From: Candidatus Hydrogenedens sp.
GTDB taxonomy: Bacteria > Hydrogenedentota > Hydrogenedentia > Hydrogenedentales > Hydrogenedentaceae
NCBI GenBank assembly: GCA_049968235.1
Contig: JBMFRC010000002.1
Coordinates: forward strand, 32,001 to 96,000
DNA: 64,000 nt
Direction: 5' to 3'
The notes beneath the pieces are model-generated. The model searched no databases. It worked only from the letters and a program-made list of their open reading frames with translations, and had not been told where the DNA came from. Shown here in pieces: positions 10,323 to 20,174 of this stretch (its first letter is position 1; every line of letters starts with the position of its first letter). Both the position numbers and the translations under genes were made by a program.

Positions 10323-11291
10323 GTGAAGAAAATAGGTTTCACACTAATTGAACTCCTTGTCGTCATCGCAATTATTGGTATTTTAGCTGCAATATTGCTT
10401 CCTGCATTAGCAAGAGCACGAGAAGCGGCACGTAGGTCCAGTTGTCAGAATAATCTAAAGCAATTTGGATTATCATTCAAAATGTATGCTAATGAAGCCA
10501 AAGGGGAACGTTTCCCGCCACTTCAACCTTTTACAAATCCTAATGGAGCACCTCTTTTTGCATCACCGGACCCAGAAGGCTTCTTTCCTGAGTATATGAA
10601 TGATTTAAATACTGCAAAATGTCCATCAGATACAGGTGTGGATGCGCAGGGACAATATGTTGCTGCACGCATTCCCGATGGTTCTATTGAAGACCATATA
10701 AAAGTTGCGGAGGAAAATAATGACCGATTAAGTGCTCGATATTTTCGTGCTGCCGCATTAGGTCGTTCTTATTGGTATCACGGTTTTGCTATTACAAATG
10801 TTGAGGAGTTCTACGGTATGTGGAATGCAACGGGAACACTTGGAGAAATAGAAACAATTACTCCGGGAACTATAATTGGCGTAAACCCCGTTACCGCTCC
10901 TGTAAAAAGAAAGAACTTTGATAACGATATTCCTGTTACTACAAAACTCCCATGGACTGCCATTTTAGGTAAGGGCTATGCAACAACCAATAATTGTGCT
11001 CGTTTGCGGGAGGGCATTGAACGCTTTGCTATCACAGATATAAATAATCCCGCCGCTTCAGCACAGGCACAAAGTGAAATTATTATTATGTTCGACACTT
11101 TTGGTAATCCCAATGATTCTGCAAATACCGCGGGAGGAGTTGTTTTCAATCACATGCCCGGCGGTTGTAATGTCCTCTATATGGATGGACATGTTGAATT
11201 TATCCGTTATCCCTCTAAATTCCCTGTTATAGATGACAAGGATAACAATTATGGGATACCCAGACAGGTAGGGCATTTCGGATTACAATAG
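10323..11291 (+). CDS. Prepilin-type N-terminal cleavage/methylation domain protein of the DUF1559 (H-X9-DG) family, a type II secretion pseudopilin-like protein
   Basis: GTG start with an AGGAGA RBS 7 nt upstream. N-terminus [47 protein letters not shown] is the class III prepilin leader plus the DUF1559 core. The C-terminus [11 protein letters not shown] is the H-X9-DG-like motif. Confidence 0.8.
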   Translation: MKKIGFTLIELLVVIAIIGILAAILLPALARAREAARRSSCQNNLKQFGLSFKMYANEAKGERFPPLQPFTNPNGAPLFASPDPEGFFPEYMNDLNTAKCPSDTGVDAQGQYVAARIPDGSIEDHIKVAEENNDRLSARYFRAAALGRSYWYHGFAITNVEEFYGMWNATGTLGEIETITPGTIIGVNPVTAPVKRKNFDNDIPVTTKLPWTAILGKGYATTNNCARLREGIERFAITDINNPAASAQAQSEIIIMFDTFGNPNDSANTAGGVVFNHMPGGCNVLYMDGHVEFIRYPSKFPVIDDKDNNYGIPRQVGHFGLQ

Positions 11292-11310
11292 CAATCAGGA
11301 TTTATAGAAC

Positions 11311-12174
11311 ATGAAACATTTTATAATTTTTACTTCCTATAGGCTCCTAATCGTTTTAGCAGTGCTATGCAATATGTGGGGCGGTATTTCATCGCCCCAC
11401 ATATACGCAGACGAACCTGTCGTCGTTGGAACTTCAGCCATTCATTCCGCAGTTAAGGACCTAACAGGCAAAGATACTGAATTAGCAGTTGTAGTGCCTC
11501 CTGATTTATGTCCAGGACATTTTGACCTTAAACCCGGTGACATAGAAAAATTCATCAATGCTAAGTTAGTTATCTTACATACCTGGCAAAAGGATTTACC
11601 CGCAATTAAAAGCCTTATTCGCGGGACAAATCCTCCCCCGGAGAAAGTAGTATATATTCAGGTGGAAGGGAATTGGTTTGTTCCTAAAAATTATATTCTT
11701 GGATTAGAAAAAGTAGGTGCAGAATTAATTAGAGCAGGTCTGCTCACAGAAGATAATTACAAACAGCGAATAGAAAAAAGAAAAAAAGAAATATTTGAAT
11801 TTGAACAACAGATTTTGAGTAATATCAAAAATGTTCAACCCGGAAATATTCCTATAATTACATCTATTTTTCAGAGCGATTTTATAAACTGGTTAGGATT
11901 TAAAACGGTCTTAACTTTTCCACGAGCAGAAGAAATTAGTCTTTCTTCATGGGGAGAACTTTTAAAGAAAGGAAAGGAAGAAAAAGTTCAAATTGTAGTA
12001 GAAAATCTACAAAGTGGTGAAATAGAACTTGTTAAAAGATTGGCATCCGAATTAAATGCTCAATCCGCTATCCTTTCCAGTTTCCCTTATGCTTGTCCAG
12101 ATTGCAATTCATGGGAAACAAGTTTACAAAATAATGTAGACACTCTATTGAAGTCTATTAGCGAAGTCCATTAG
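11311..12174 (+). CDS. Metal (Zn/Mn-type) ABC transporter substrate-binding protein, ZnuA/TroA family
   Basis: VVVPPDLCPGHFDLKPGDIEKFINAKLVIL aligns with the ZnuA PPGxSPHxYExxPxDxxxLxxADLVV block. Signal peptide present. It is followed directly by the ATPase and permease genes. Confidence 0.65.
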   Translation: MKHFIIFTSYRLLIVLAVLCNMWGGISSPHIYADEPVVVGTSAIHSAVKDLTGKDTELAVVVPPDLCPGHFDLKPGDIEKFINAKLVILHTWQKDLPAIKSLIRGTNPPPEKVVYIQVEGNWFVPKNYILGLEKVGAELIRAGLLTEDNYKQRIEKRKKEIFEFEQQILSNIKNVQPGNIPIITSIFQSDFINWLGFKTVLTFPRAEEISLSSWGELLKKGKEEKVQIVVENLQSGEIELVKRLASELNAQSAILSSFPYACPDCNSWETSLQNNVDTLLKSISEVH

Positions 12175-12206
12175 CATTATACATCAAACAAATTTATTAT
12201 TATGTC

Positions 12207-12998
12207 ATGCCTGCTAAAAGTAATTTTGAAAATATTATTGAATTAAAAAGTGTTAGCGTCTTTTACAATAGCCATACTGCACTTGACGATATAACACTTT
12301 CATTTCGTCAGGGTGAATTTGCTGTTATTTTAGGACCTAATGGTTCCGGAAAAACAACTTTATTAAAAGTTTTATGTGGATTATGCCGATTCCAGACCGG
12401 TTCCGTAAAGATTTTAGGACAAATTCCATCCTCTTATAATTTTCTTTTACGAAGGAAAATTGCTCATGTCGCACAAATTGAGTCCATTGACCCAAAACTT
12501 CCCATAACCGTCCGTGAATCTGTATCTACAGGTAGGGCTGGTGTACGTGGATTGGGGATACCTTTAACAAAAGCAGACTGGGAATTGGTTGATTCCGTCA
12601 TAGAACGAGTTGGAATCTCCCACCTTGCTAATAAACCTATTGGTCATCTTTCTGGAGGAGAACGACAAAAAACATCTATTGCACGGGCGTTAGTACAGCA
12701 GGCTCCTATTTTACTGCTTGATGAACCTACCGCTTCTATTGACCCCAATGCACAAAAAGACATTTTAGATTTGTTAGAACATAAAATGGACTTACATCCA
12801 TTTACAACTTTATATGTTACTCATGAAATAGCAATGATACCCAATTGCTGTGACCGTATTATAATGTTGCAACAAGGAAAAGTTTGGGCAGATGGTAAAC
12901 CTGAAGAACTTTTGCTTGAAGAAAAGTTAAAAGAACTCTATGGTGGAAATGGATTTTGTTGTTCCAGCAAATTCGGGTTCCATCATTCACATTATTAG
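12207..12998 (+). CDS. Metal ABC transporter ATP-binding protein (ZnuC-like)
   Basis: Walker A GPNGSGKTTLLK, signature LSGGERQK, Walker B LLLDEPTASID. Confidence 0.85.
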   Translation: MPAKSNFENIIELKSVSVFYNSHTALDDITLSFRQGEFAVILGPNGSGKTTLLKVLCGLCRFQTGSVKILGQIPSSYNFLLRRKIAHVAQIESIDPKLPITVRESVSTGRAGVRGLGIPLTKADWELVDSVIERVGISHLANKPIGHLSGGERQKTSIARALVQQAPILLLDEPTASIDPNAQKDILDLLEHKMDLHPFTTLYVTHEIAMIPNCCDRIIMLQQGKVWADGKPEELLLEEKLKELYGGNGFCCSSKFGFHHSHY

Positions 12999-13010
12999 CA
13001 GAGAATTTCA

Positions 13011-13841
13011 TTGATGCATGAAATATTAGGTATACCTGAATATTTGTTACGCCCGATACTTGCAGGTCTTTTTTCAGGGATAGCATGCAGTATCGTAGGT
13101 GTTTTTATTGTTACCATGCATTTATCCTTCTTAGGTATCTGTATTGCACATTCCGCATTCACCGGAGCATTATTCGGTTTGTGGTTAGGCTGGAATCCTT
13201 TAACAGGTGCTATCCTTTTTAGTCTCGTTGCATCTGCCATTGTCGGACCCTTAGCAGACCGTGGAGAATTAAGCCCAGACACATCAACAGGAATTGTTTT
13301 TTCTACCATGTTAGGACTGGCTTTTCTCTTCTTAGGACTTATACCCGGCTCCAAAGCAAGTGCCTTAAGCCTTTTTTGGGGAAATATTTTGACTGTAACC
13401 CTGACAGATATTTACATTCTGGCTGGGATTGCTACGTTCTTATTACTTTTATTTACTCTCTTTTATAAGGAAATCCATGCGGTTTTATGCCATCGACAAA
13501 TTGCCATGTATGTTGGAATTCCAACTGCTCTTATTTTTTATCTGCTACTAATAACCACAGGGTTGACTATTGCAGTTTCTTTACAAACCGTTGGAGGTCT
13601 ATTAATTTACAGTCTATTGTTAAATCCTTCCGCATCAGCACATCAACTCACTTATCGATTCAAAACTATGCTCATTTTGTCCATTATTTTCGGTGTAACT
13701 TCGTGCTGGGGAGGAATTGCTCTTTCCTATAAATATAATCTCCCCACAGGTGCCACGATTATATTAATCTCCTCTTTTATATTTATCCTATCTGCTATCT
13801 TTTCACCCAAAAGACAGATACAAGGGACAAAAAATGTCTAA
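13011..13841 (+). CDS. Metal ABC transporter permease (ZnuB-like)
   Basis: Multi-pass hydrophobic protein of 276 aa, immediately downstream of the ATPase, with ZnuB-like topology. Confidence 0.75.
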   Translation: MMHEILGIPEYLLRPILAGLFSGIACSIVGVFIVTMHLSFLGICIAHSAFTGALFGLWLGWNPLTGAILFSLVASAIVGPLADRGELSPDTSTGIVFSTMLGLAFLFLGLIPGSKASALSLFWGNILTVTLTDIYILAGIATFLLLLFTLFYKEIHAVLCHRQIAMYVGIPTALIFYLLLITTGLTIAVSLQTVGGLLIYSLLLNPSASAHQLTYRFKTMLILSIIFGVTSCWGGIALSYKYNLPTGATIILISSFIFILSAIFSPKRQIQGTKNV

Positions 13842-14472
13842 CAAACAATCTCTTTACCCTGACCAACACTATTATCATCAAAAAGAAATTAATGCTTTCT
13901 TTGACCATCATGCACCTCAATGGGATTCTTATGCTTCTGAAGATGTCCTGGAAAAAGTAGATAATTTGTTAAAAAATATTGAAATCAAACCTACCAATAC
14001 AGTATTAGATATTGGTTGCGGAACGGGGGTCTTAGTTCCTTACCTATGGAGTCGTCTCAAACAGAACGGCACTTTAATCGAAGTGGATGTCTCGACAGAG
14101 ATGATTCGACATGGTAAAATGAAATTTATGAATATTCCATGTCATTGGCTCATCACAGATGCACATTTTCTTCCTATAAAATCTGAAAGTGCTGATATAA
14201 TTATTTGCTTCTCGATATTCCCTCATTTAATAAACAAAAAACAGGCTATAAAAGAGCACAGTCGAGTGTTGAAAAAGGGCGGCATCTGGGTTGTTTGCCA
14301 TTCACAGTCCAGCAAAACAATTAATGAATTTCATCAAAACGTTGGGGGTGTTGTTGCCCAACATGTAATACCAGAAATAAATGAAATAAAACATCTTTTA
14401 ATAGAGGCTAAATTGAATATGCAATATTTTCAAGACAACACAGAAGGATACCTTCTCATAGCCTCTCGTTAG
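13834..14472 (+). CDS. Class I SAM-dependent methyltransferase
   Basis: Motif I VLDIGCGTGVL and the post-I acidic residue (LIEVDVS). Overlaps the permease stop by 8 bp. Confidence 0.7.
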   Translation: MSNKQSLYPDQHYYHQKEINAFFDHHAPQWDSYASEDVLEKVDNLLKNIEIKPTNTVLDIGCGTGVLVPYLWSRLKQNGTLIEVDVSTEMIRHGKMKFMNIPCHWLITDAHFLPIKSESADIIICFSIFPHLINKKQAIKEHSRVLKKGGIWVVCHSQSSKTINEFHQNVGGVVAQHVIPEINEIKHLLIEAKLNMQYFQDNTEGYLLIASR

Positions 14473-14559
14473 AACCATACCGTTTAACATCATATCTTTT
14501 ATTTTGATATAATTCATCATAATTAACTTATCTTAATCCGAATGAAAAGAGGTTTTTTT

Positions 14560-15393
14560 ATGCATAGTGATATTTCTATTTTTGATTTGACAGGGAAAAC
14601 TGCTGTCGTTACTGGTGGCGCTGGAGTACTTGGAACTTCAATGGTTGAAGGATTGGTCCGTGCTGGTGCATCTGTTGCCATAGCGGATGTTTTATTAGAC
14701 AAAGCAAACGAACTAAAACAAAAAATTGAAAACCAAGGGGGAAAAGCACTTGCCCTTTATATGGATGCTTTTAACAAAGATACCATTGAAGAATCTGCCT
14801 ATACAATAGTCAAAGAATGGGGAAAAATTGATATTTTAGTCAACGGTGTAGGTGGTAATATGAAACAAGCCACAACTTCTCCTGAATTAAGTTTTTTCGA
14901 CATACCTACGGATGCGTTCCAGAAGGTCGTTAACTTAAATTTACTAGGTGGTGCCATTATTCCTTCTCAAGTATTTGGAAAATATATGGTACAAAATGCA
15001 GAGGGAGGCTCTATTATTAATATCGCATCGATGAATGCTATTCGCCCCCTAACACGCATTCCCGGATATAGTGCAGCAAAATCGGCTGTTGCTAACTTTA
15101 CACAGTGGTTAGCGGTCCATTTTGCTCAGGAATATAATCCGAAATTAAGAGTTAATGCGATAGCCCCGGGTTTTTTCCTTAGTGAACAGAATCGCTATTT
15201 GTTAATTGACGAAAAAACAGGTGAACCTACTCCCCGAGGTAAAACGATACTAACCCATACTCCTATGGGTCGCTATGGAGACCCATCAGACCTTATAGGA
15301 ACCCTTATCTGGCTTGCCAGTGATGCATCAAAATTCGTTACAGGCATCATTGTCCCTGTCGATGGTGGATTTTCAGCATTTTCCGGCGTATAG
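14560..15393 (+). CDS. SDR family NAD(P)-dependent oxidoreductase
   Basis: TGKTAVVTGGAGVLG cofactor motif, NGVGGN, catalytic YSAAKSAV. The ATG at 14560 has an AAGAGG RBS 7 nt upstream. The ORF track's 14542 start would add 6 residues. Confidence 0.8.
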   Translation: MHSDISIFDLTGKTAVVTGGAGVLGTSMVEGLVRAGASVAIADVLLDKANELKQKIENQGGKALALYMDAFNKDTIEESAYTIVKEWGKIDILVNGVGGNMKQATTSPELSFFDIPTDAFQKVVNLNLLGGAIIPSQVFGKYMVQNAEGGSIINIASMNAIRPLTRIPGYSAAKSAVANFTQWLAVHFAQEYNPKLRVNAIAPGFFLSEQNRYLLIDEKTGEPTPRGKTILTHTPMGRYGDPSDLIGTLIWLASDASKFVTGIIVPVDGGFSAFSGV

Positions 15394-15428
15394 CCAATAA
15401 AAATATAAAAGAAATAAGGAATCAAAAA

Positions 15429-16322
15429 ATGAAAGAAGATATTCAAAAATTATTAGACCACAAACCGACATCCTCATTTTTAATTGCCATTGATTCTGAT
15501 GGTTGTGCCTTCGACACAATGGAATTAAAACAAAAGGAATGTTTTACACCAAATACAATTAAATATTGGAATCTTCAGGCAATCTCTAAATATGCTCGTG
15601 AGGCATGTGAGTTTGTAAATCTCTATTCAAAATGGCGTGGTGCCAACCGTTTCCCTGCCCTTATTAAAGTTTTTGACCTTTTAATGGATTGGGATAAAGT
15701 AAAAGCAAGAAAAGTTCAAATCCCTCCCACGCCGAATTTACGAAAATGGATTGAAACAGAAACAAAATTAGGAAACCCTGCATTGGAAGCATATTGCAAA
15801 GAACATCCGGAACAAGAAGATATGCAGATAACACTCCAATGGAGTAAAGCAGTTAATAAAACGGTAGAAGATATTGTCAAAGGGGGTTTACCTCCTTTTC
15901 CATTTGTTGAAGAATGTCTTCAAAAATGTCAGGGAAAATCTGATATTATGGTTTGTTCTCAAACGCCAACCGAAGCATTAATCCGTGAATGGCAAGAACA
16001 AGACCTCGCAAAGTATGTTTTTGTTATATGCGGACAGGAAATAGGAACAAAGGCTGAACATATTAAGTTCGCTTCTGAAAACCGATACGAAAGGAGTCAT
16101 ATCTTGATGATTGGTGATGCCTACGGAGACCTTAAAGCGGCTCGAGCCAATAACGCATTATTCTTCCCCATTAACCCCGGTCATGAAGAAGAGTCATGGC
16201 AACGACTTTTCGAAGAAGGATTAGACCGTTTCTTCAACGGCACTTATGAAGGGGATTATGAAACTACTCTCATTAAAGAATTTGACAAATATCTCCCCGA
16301 AACCCCACCATGGAAAAGATAA
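15429..16322 (+). CDS. HAD-superfamily hydrolase-like protein
   Basis: Motif I-like IAIDSDGCAF, motif II-like MVCSQTP, motif IV-like MIGDAYGDLKAA. AAGGA RBS present. The family assignment is tentative. Confidence 0.5.
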   Translation: MKEDIQKLLDHKPTSSFLIAIDSDGCAFDTMELKQKECFTPNTIKYWNLQAISKYAREACEFVNLYSKWRGANRFPALIKVFDLLMDWDKVKARKVQIPPTPNLRKWIETETKLGNPALEAYCKEHPEQEDMQITLQWSKAVNKTVEDIVKGGLPPFPFVEECLQKCQGKSDIMVCSQTPTEALIREWQEQDLAKYVFVICGQEIGTKAEHIKFASENRYERSHILMIGDAYGDLKAARANNALFFPINPGHEEESWQRLFEEGLDRFFNGTYEGDYETTLIKEFDKYLPETPPWKR

Positions 16323-16352
16323 TCTTTTGCAGATAAAAAATTATTAAAAAAT

Positions 16353-17504
16353 ATGTTAATTGTTGCAGATGAAAATATCCCGTATGTGAAAGAAGGTTTT
16401 AATCAATTTGGAGAAGTAATTACTGTCCATGGTAGAAAAATTACAAAGGACATTATAAAAAATGCAGATGTTCTTCTGGTTCGCTCTATCACCAAAGTAA
16501 ATGCAGACCTTCTTGAAGGCACTTCTATTCGTTTTGTTGGCACTGCCACAATTGGTTATGACCACATTGACCTCGATTATTTAAACTTAAAAAGTATTGC
16601 CTTTTCCAGTGCGCCGGGTTCTAATGCTAACAGTGTAGCGGAGTATGTAGTTTCAGGATTGCTTCATCTGGAACAAAATTATAAATATATATTACAGGGC
16701 AAAAAAATAGGGATTGTAGGCGTAGGAAATGTAGGCTCCCGTGTTGCTAAAAAGGTCCCTGCATTAGGTCTATTTCCTGTACTCTATGACCCGCCTCTTG
16801 CGGAAAAAATGAATAATTACCCATTATTTGAACCCTTTGAAAACATATTGAACTGCGATATTATTACCTTTCATGTCCCATTAGAAAAAACAGGTCCCTA
16901 TCCAACTTACCACATGGCAAATAAAAATTTCTTCCCAAAACTACGTAAAGGTACTGTAATTATTAATACATCACGCGGTTCCGTTGTTGAAACAGAATCG
17001 CTACTAAATGCAATTGAACAGGGGATTATTTCTCACTCTATTATTGATGTGTGGGAGAATGAACCAAATATAGATATTGACCTACTTCAAAAAGTAACTA
17101 TAGGAACTCCGCACATTGCTGGCTATTCCTTTGATGGCAAGGTCAATGGGACATATCAGTTGTATGTATCACTATGCCGTTTTCTAAATCAAACTCCAAC
17201 ATGGGACTACCGAAAGAATCTACCCGACCCACCTATTAAAGAATTAGAATTAGCAAACGATAATCTATGGCTACTCCATAACACAGTCCATAAGATATAT
17301 GACATAACTGTTGATGATAAAGCACTACGAGAAATACAAAGTAAAAATGAAAATGAACGCGGTTCCTTTTTCGACCTTTTACGAAAAAATTATCCCATTC
17401 GGCGGGAATTTCAAAATACAACTATTCGTTTTATTCAAGATAATCCCATATTAGTAAACCAATTGGAAAGATTAGGTTTCAATGTAATAAGGGACAAGAA
17501 ATGA
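16353..17504 (+). CDS. pdxB: 4-phosphoerythronate dehydrogenase
   Basis: Similar to E. coli PdxB along the whole length: the N-terminus MLIVADENIPY matches MKILVDENMPY, VGTATIGYDHIDLDYL matches GTATAGTDHVD, the GxGxxG NAD site is IGIVGVGNVGSRV, and the C-terminal dimerisation domain LRKNYPIRREF...LGFNV matches LRKNYLERREW...LGFNAV. Confidence 0.85.
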   Translation: MLIVADENIPYVKEGFNQFGEVITVHGRKITKDIIKNADVLLVRSITKVNADLLEGTSIRFVGTATIGYDHIDLDYLNLKSIAFSSAPGSNANSVAEYVVSGLLHLEQNYKYILQGKKIGIVGVGNVGSRVAKKVPALGLFPVLYDPPLAEKMNNYPLFEPFENILNCDIITFHVPLEKTGPYPTYHMANKNFFPKLRKGTVIINTSRGSVVETESLLNAIEQGIISHSIIDVWENEPNIDIDLLQKVTIGTPHIAGYSFDGKVNGTYQLYVSLCRFLNQTPTWDYRKNLPDPPIKELELANDNLWLLHNTVHKIYDITVDDKALREIQSKNENERGSFFDLLRKNYPIRREFQNTTIRFIQDNPILVNQLERLGFNVIRDKK

Positions 17505-18754
17505 TTCAACAACGCATCGCAGAAGAAGGTTTTTTAACGCCTGAAGAAATTTCTCAATTTGTTCATCAAGTTTGTTCCGATTTAGAAGTTCAGGGGAAAA
17601 AAGCCCTGGTAATTATTCCTGACCAGACTCGTAGTATGCCCATGCCACTAATGTTTCGTGCTTTAACATCTGTATTATCAGGTAAGGCTCACAAATTAGA
17701 TTTTATCATAGCATTAGGTACACATCCCCCTTTATCAGAAAGTATGATTTATAAACTATTAGGCATCACACCTGAAGAAAAATTGACATTATATAAAAAC
17801 ATTAATATCTTTAATCACGCATGGCAGGACCCAAATGTTTTACACCTTTTAGGAGTTATATCTCGGGAAAAGGTTCATGAATTTTCCAATGGCTTACTGA
17901 ATCAGGAAGTCCCTGTTCAGATTAATCGTATTATTCTTGATTACGATGTTCTCCTTATTGTAGGACCTGTATTTCCTCATGAAGTTGTTGGCTTTAGTGG
18001 TGGAAATAAATATTTCTTCCCCGGTATTTCCGGGCCTGACTTCTTAAATGTATTCCATTGGTTAGGGGCACTCATCACCAATATTGAGATTAATGGCGTT
18101 AAAAATACCCCTGTCCGACAGTTAATTGATTATGCGAGTTCCATGATTCAAAAAGAAAAATATTGCTTTGCTCTGAATGTTGAACATGATAAAACACGAG
18201 CTATTTTCTTTGGTACACCGGAAGAAGCCTGGGATATAGCATCCGATTTATCCGCTCAAACACACATAATTTACAAACCTCGCACTTACCATTCGGTTCT
18301 GGCAGAATCGCCCCTTATGTATGATGAAATATGGACTGCCGGGAAGTGTATGTATAAATTAGAACCTGTTGTCTCGGATGATGGAGAACTTATCATTTAC
18401 GGACCTCATATCAAAGAAATTAGCGTTACACATGGACATTTAATTCGTAAAATCGGTTATCATACCCGTGATTATTTTCTTGCACAGATGGATAAATTCC
18501 GAGACATCCCCGGTGGTGTTTTAGCTCATTCTACACATGTTCGCGGAATAGGAACTTATGTCAATGGTATCGAAAAACCACGAGTAAAAGTAACTTTAGC
18601 TACATCCATTCCTAAAACAATATGTGAAGAAATTAATCTGGGCTATCGAGACCCATGTTCGATAAACATAGAGGACTGGAAAAATCGAGAAGATGATGGG
18701 ATTCTTTTTGTACCACAGGCGGGGGAAGTTCTTTATCGTGTGAGAAAGATATAA
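17501..18754 (+). CDS. LarA-family (nickel-pincer lactate racemase-like, DUF2088) protein
   Basis: N-terminus ALVIIPDQTRSMP matches the DUF2088 D.TR motif. HEVVGFSGGNKYFFPGI matches the LarA Lys-containing cofactor-attachment region. The ATG overlaps the pdxB TGA (ATGA). Confidence 0.65.
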   Translation: MIQQRIAEEGFLTPEEISQFVHQVCSDLEVQGKKALVIIPDQTRSMPMPLMFRALTSVLSGKAHKLDFIIALGTHPPLSESMIYKLLGITPEEKLTLYKNINIFNHAWQDPNVLHLLGVISREKVHEFSNGLLNQEVPVQINRIILDYDVLLIVGPVFPHEVVGFSGGNKYFFPGISGPDFLNVFHWLGALITNIEINGVKNTPVRQLIDYASSMIQKEKYCFALNVEHDKTRAIFFGTPEEAWDIASDLSAQTHIIYKPRTYHSVLAESPLMYDEIWTAGKCMYKLEPVVSDDGELIIYGPHIKEISVTHGHLIRKIGYHTRDYFLAQMDKFRDIPGGVLAHSTHVRGIGTYVNGIEKPRVKVTLATSIPKTICEEINLGYRDPCSINIEDWKNREDDGILFVPQAGEVLYRVRKI

Positions 18755-18820
18755 TAGGTTACTTCCACATAGGAAATTCAATCATTTAAAATATTAATTT
18801 ATCCAATCAAACTTTGGAAA

Positions 18821-18826
18821 GGAGAA
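18821..18826 (+). promoter_or_regulatory. Ribosome-binding site (GGAGAA) for the PFK-family gene
   Basis: GGAAAGGAGAAGAAAATG gives a purine-rich Shine-Dalgarno 5 nt before the ATG. Similar AGGAG-type sites precede gnd (20164..20169), the HAD gene and the DUF1559 GTG start. Confidence 0.6.
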
Positions 18827-18830
18827 GAAA

Positions 18831-20117
18831 ATGCCTAAAAATGTTATCGTTGCTCAGTCCGGTGGACCCAGCCCTGTAATAAATAATTCACTTCGTGGTG
18901 TAATTGAAACTTGCGAAATGTTTCCTGAAACATTCGGTACAGTTTATGCTGGCTGGCATGGAATTGAAGGCGTTATTAAGGAAGAACTTCTAAATTTATC
19001 AGAACAAAGCCCAGAGGAAATTGCTTTGCTACGCCATACACCAGCAGCAGGTTCCATCGGCACATGTCGTTATAAGTTAAAAAAAGGACAGGATGAGGAT
19101 TATCGACGGATTATTGATGTAATGAAAGCCCACGATATTGGTTACTTTTTTTACATCGGTGGAAACGACTCGATGGATACTGCAAACAAAGTAAGCAAAT
19201 TAGCCTTAGAACAAGGTCTTGACTTAGTAGCAGTGGGTATTCCCAAAACAATAGATAATGATGTAGGAGATTCTGAATTCAAACTTATTGACCATACCCC
19301 GGGTTATGGAAGTGTTGCCCGTTACTGGATGTGTATGGTCCAGAATGCAGAAGAGGAAAATCGCGGCTCCTGTCCAGCAGACCCTGTTCTGGTTTTACAA
19401 GCCATGGGCAGAAAAATCGGTTTCATTCCTGCATCTGCACGGTTAGCAGACCCAGAGCGACAGATACCTCTTCAAATATACATGACCGAATCAAAAGTTA
19501 CTCCCGAACAAATGTGCGACCTTGTAAACGACCAACTTAAACGCGACGGGCGTTGCATTATCGTTGTAAGTGAAGGCTTTGAAGTTGGTGAAATCGGTGA
19601 ACTTAAAGACAGTTTCGGGCATACTCAGTTCGGTTCTGCAAAGTTAACTGCAAGTCAGAAAATTGTAAATCTGCTCAATGAAAAAGGATTGGCAGTTCGT
19701 GGTTCTGCCCGTGGACAGGTTATGGGAACTGACCAGCGTTCATCTGCCATTTATGCTTCCACCGTAGACTTGGACGAAGCATATAATGTGGCACAAAAGG
19801 CAGTTCTTATCGCTTTAGAAGGGGAAAATGGCTGGATGGCTACGATATTAAGGACACCCGGGACTATTTACCATGTCTATTATGATAAAGTCCCGTTAGA
19901 AAAGGTAGCAAATTCGGAGCGGACATTTCCAGAAGCATGGATAGCCCCCAATAGAATTGATGTGACAGACGATTTTATTAAATATGCCATGCCCCTGGTT
20001 GGTGAAGAATGGGCAAGTGTTCCATTAGTAAATGGGAGACAACGGTTTACTCAATTTAAACCGATTTTTGCTGAAAAGAAATTATCTGACTATGTTCCTC
20101 AGGGGTATCGAAAATAA
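18831..20117 (+). CDS. Phosphofructokinase family protein with a GGNDS active-site variant, possibly the PPi-dependent type
   Basis: QSGGPSPVINNSLRG, IGGNDSMDTA in the position of GGDGS/GGDDS, MGRKIGF, and a strong GGAGA RBS. Confidence 0.75.
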   Translation: MPKNVIVAQSGGPSPVINNSLRGVIETCEMFPETFGTVYAGWHGIEGVIKEELLNLSEQSPEEIALLRHTPAAGSIGTCRYKLKKGQDEDYRRIIDVMKAHDIGYFFYIGGNDSMDTANKVSKLALEQGLDLVAVGIPKTIDNDVGDSEFKLIDHTPGYGSVARYWMCMVQNAEEENRGSCPADPVLVLQAMGRKIGFIPASARLADPERQIPLQIYMTESKVTPEQMCDLVNDQLKRDGRCIIVVSEGFEVGEIGELKDSFGHTQFGSAKLTASQKIVNLLNEKGLAVRGSARGQVMGTDQRSSAIYASTVDLDEAYNVAQKAVLIALEGENGWMATILRTPGTIYHVYYDKVPLEKVANSERTFPEAWIAPNRIDVTDDFIKYAMPLVGEEWASVPLVNGRQRFTQFKPIFAEKKLSDYVPQGYRK

Positions 20118-20174
20118 CATTTACGATATAATTCTTTTAAAATTAAACGAATATAAATATAAAAGGAGAATCAT

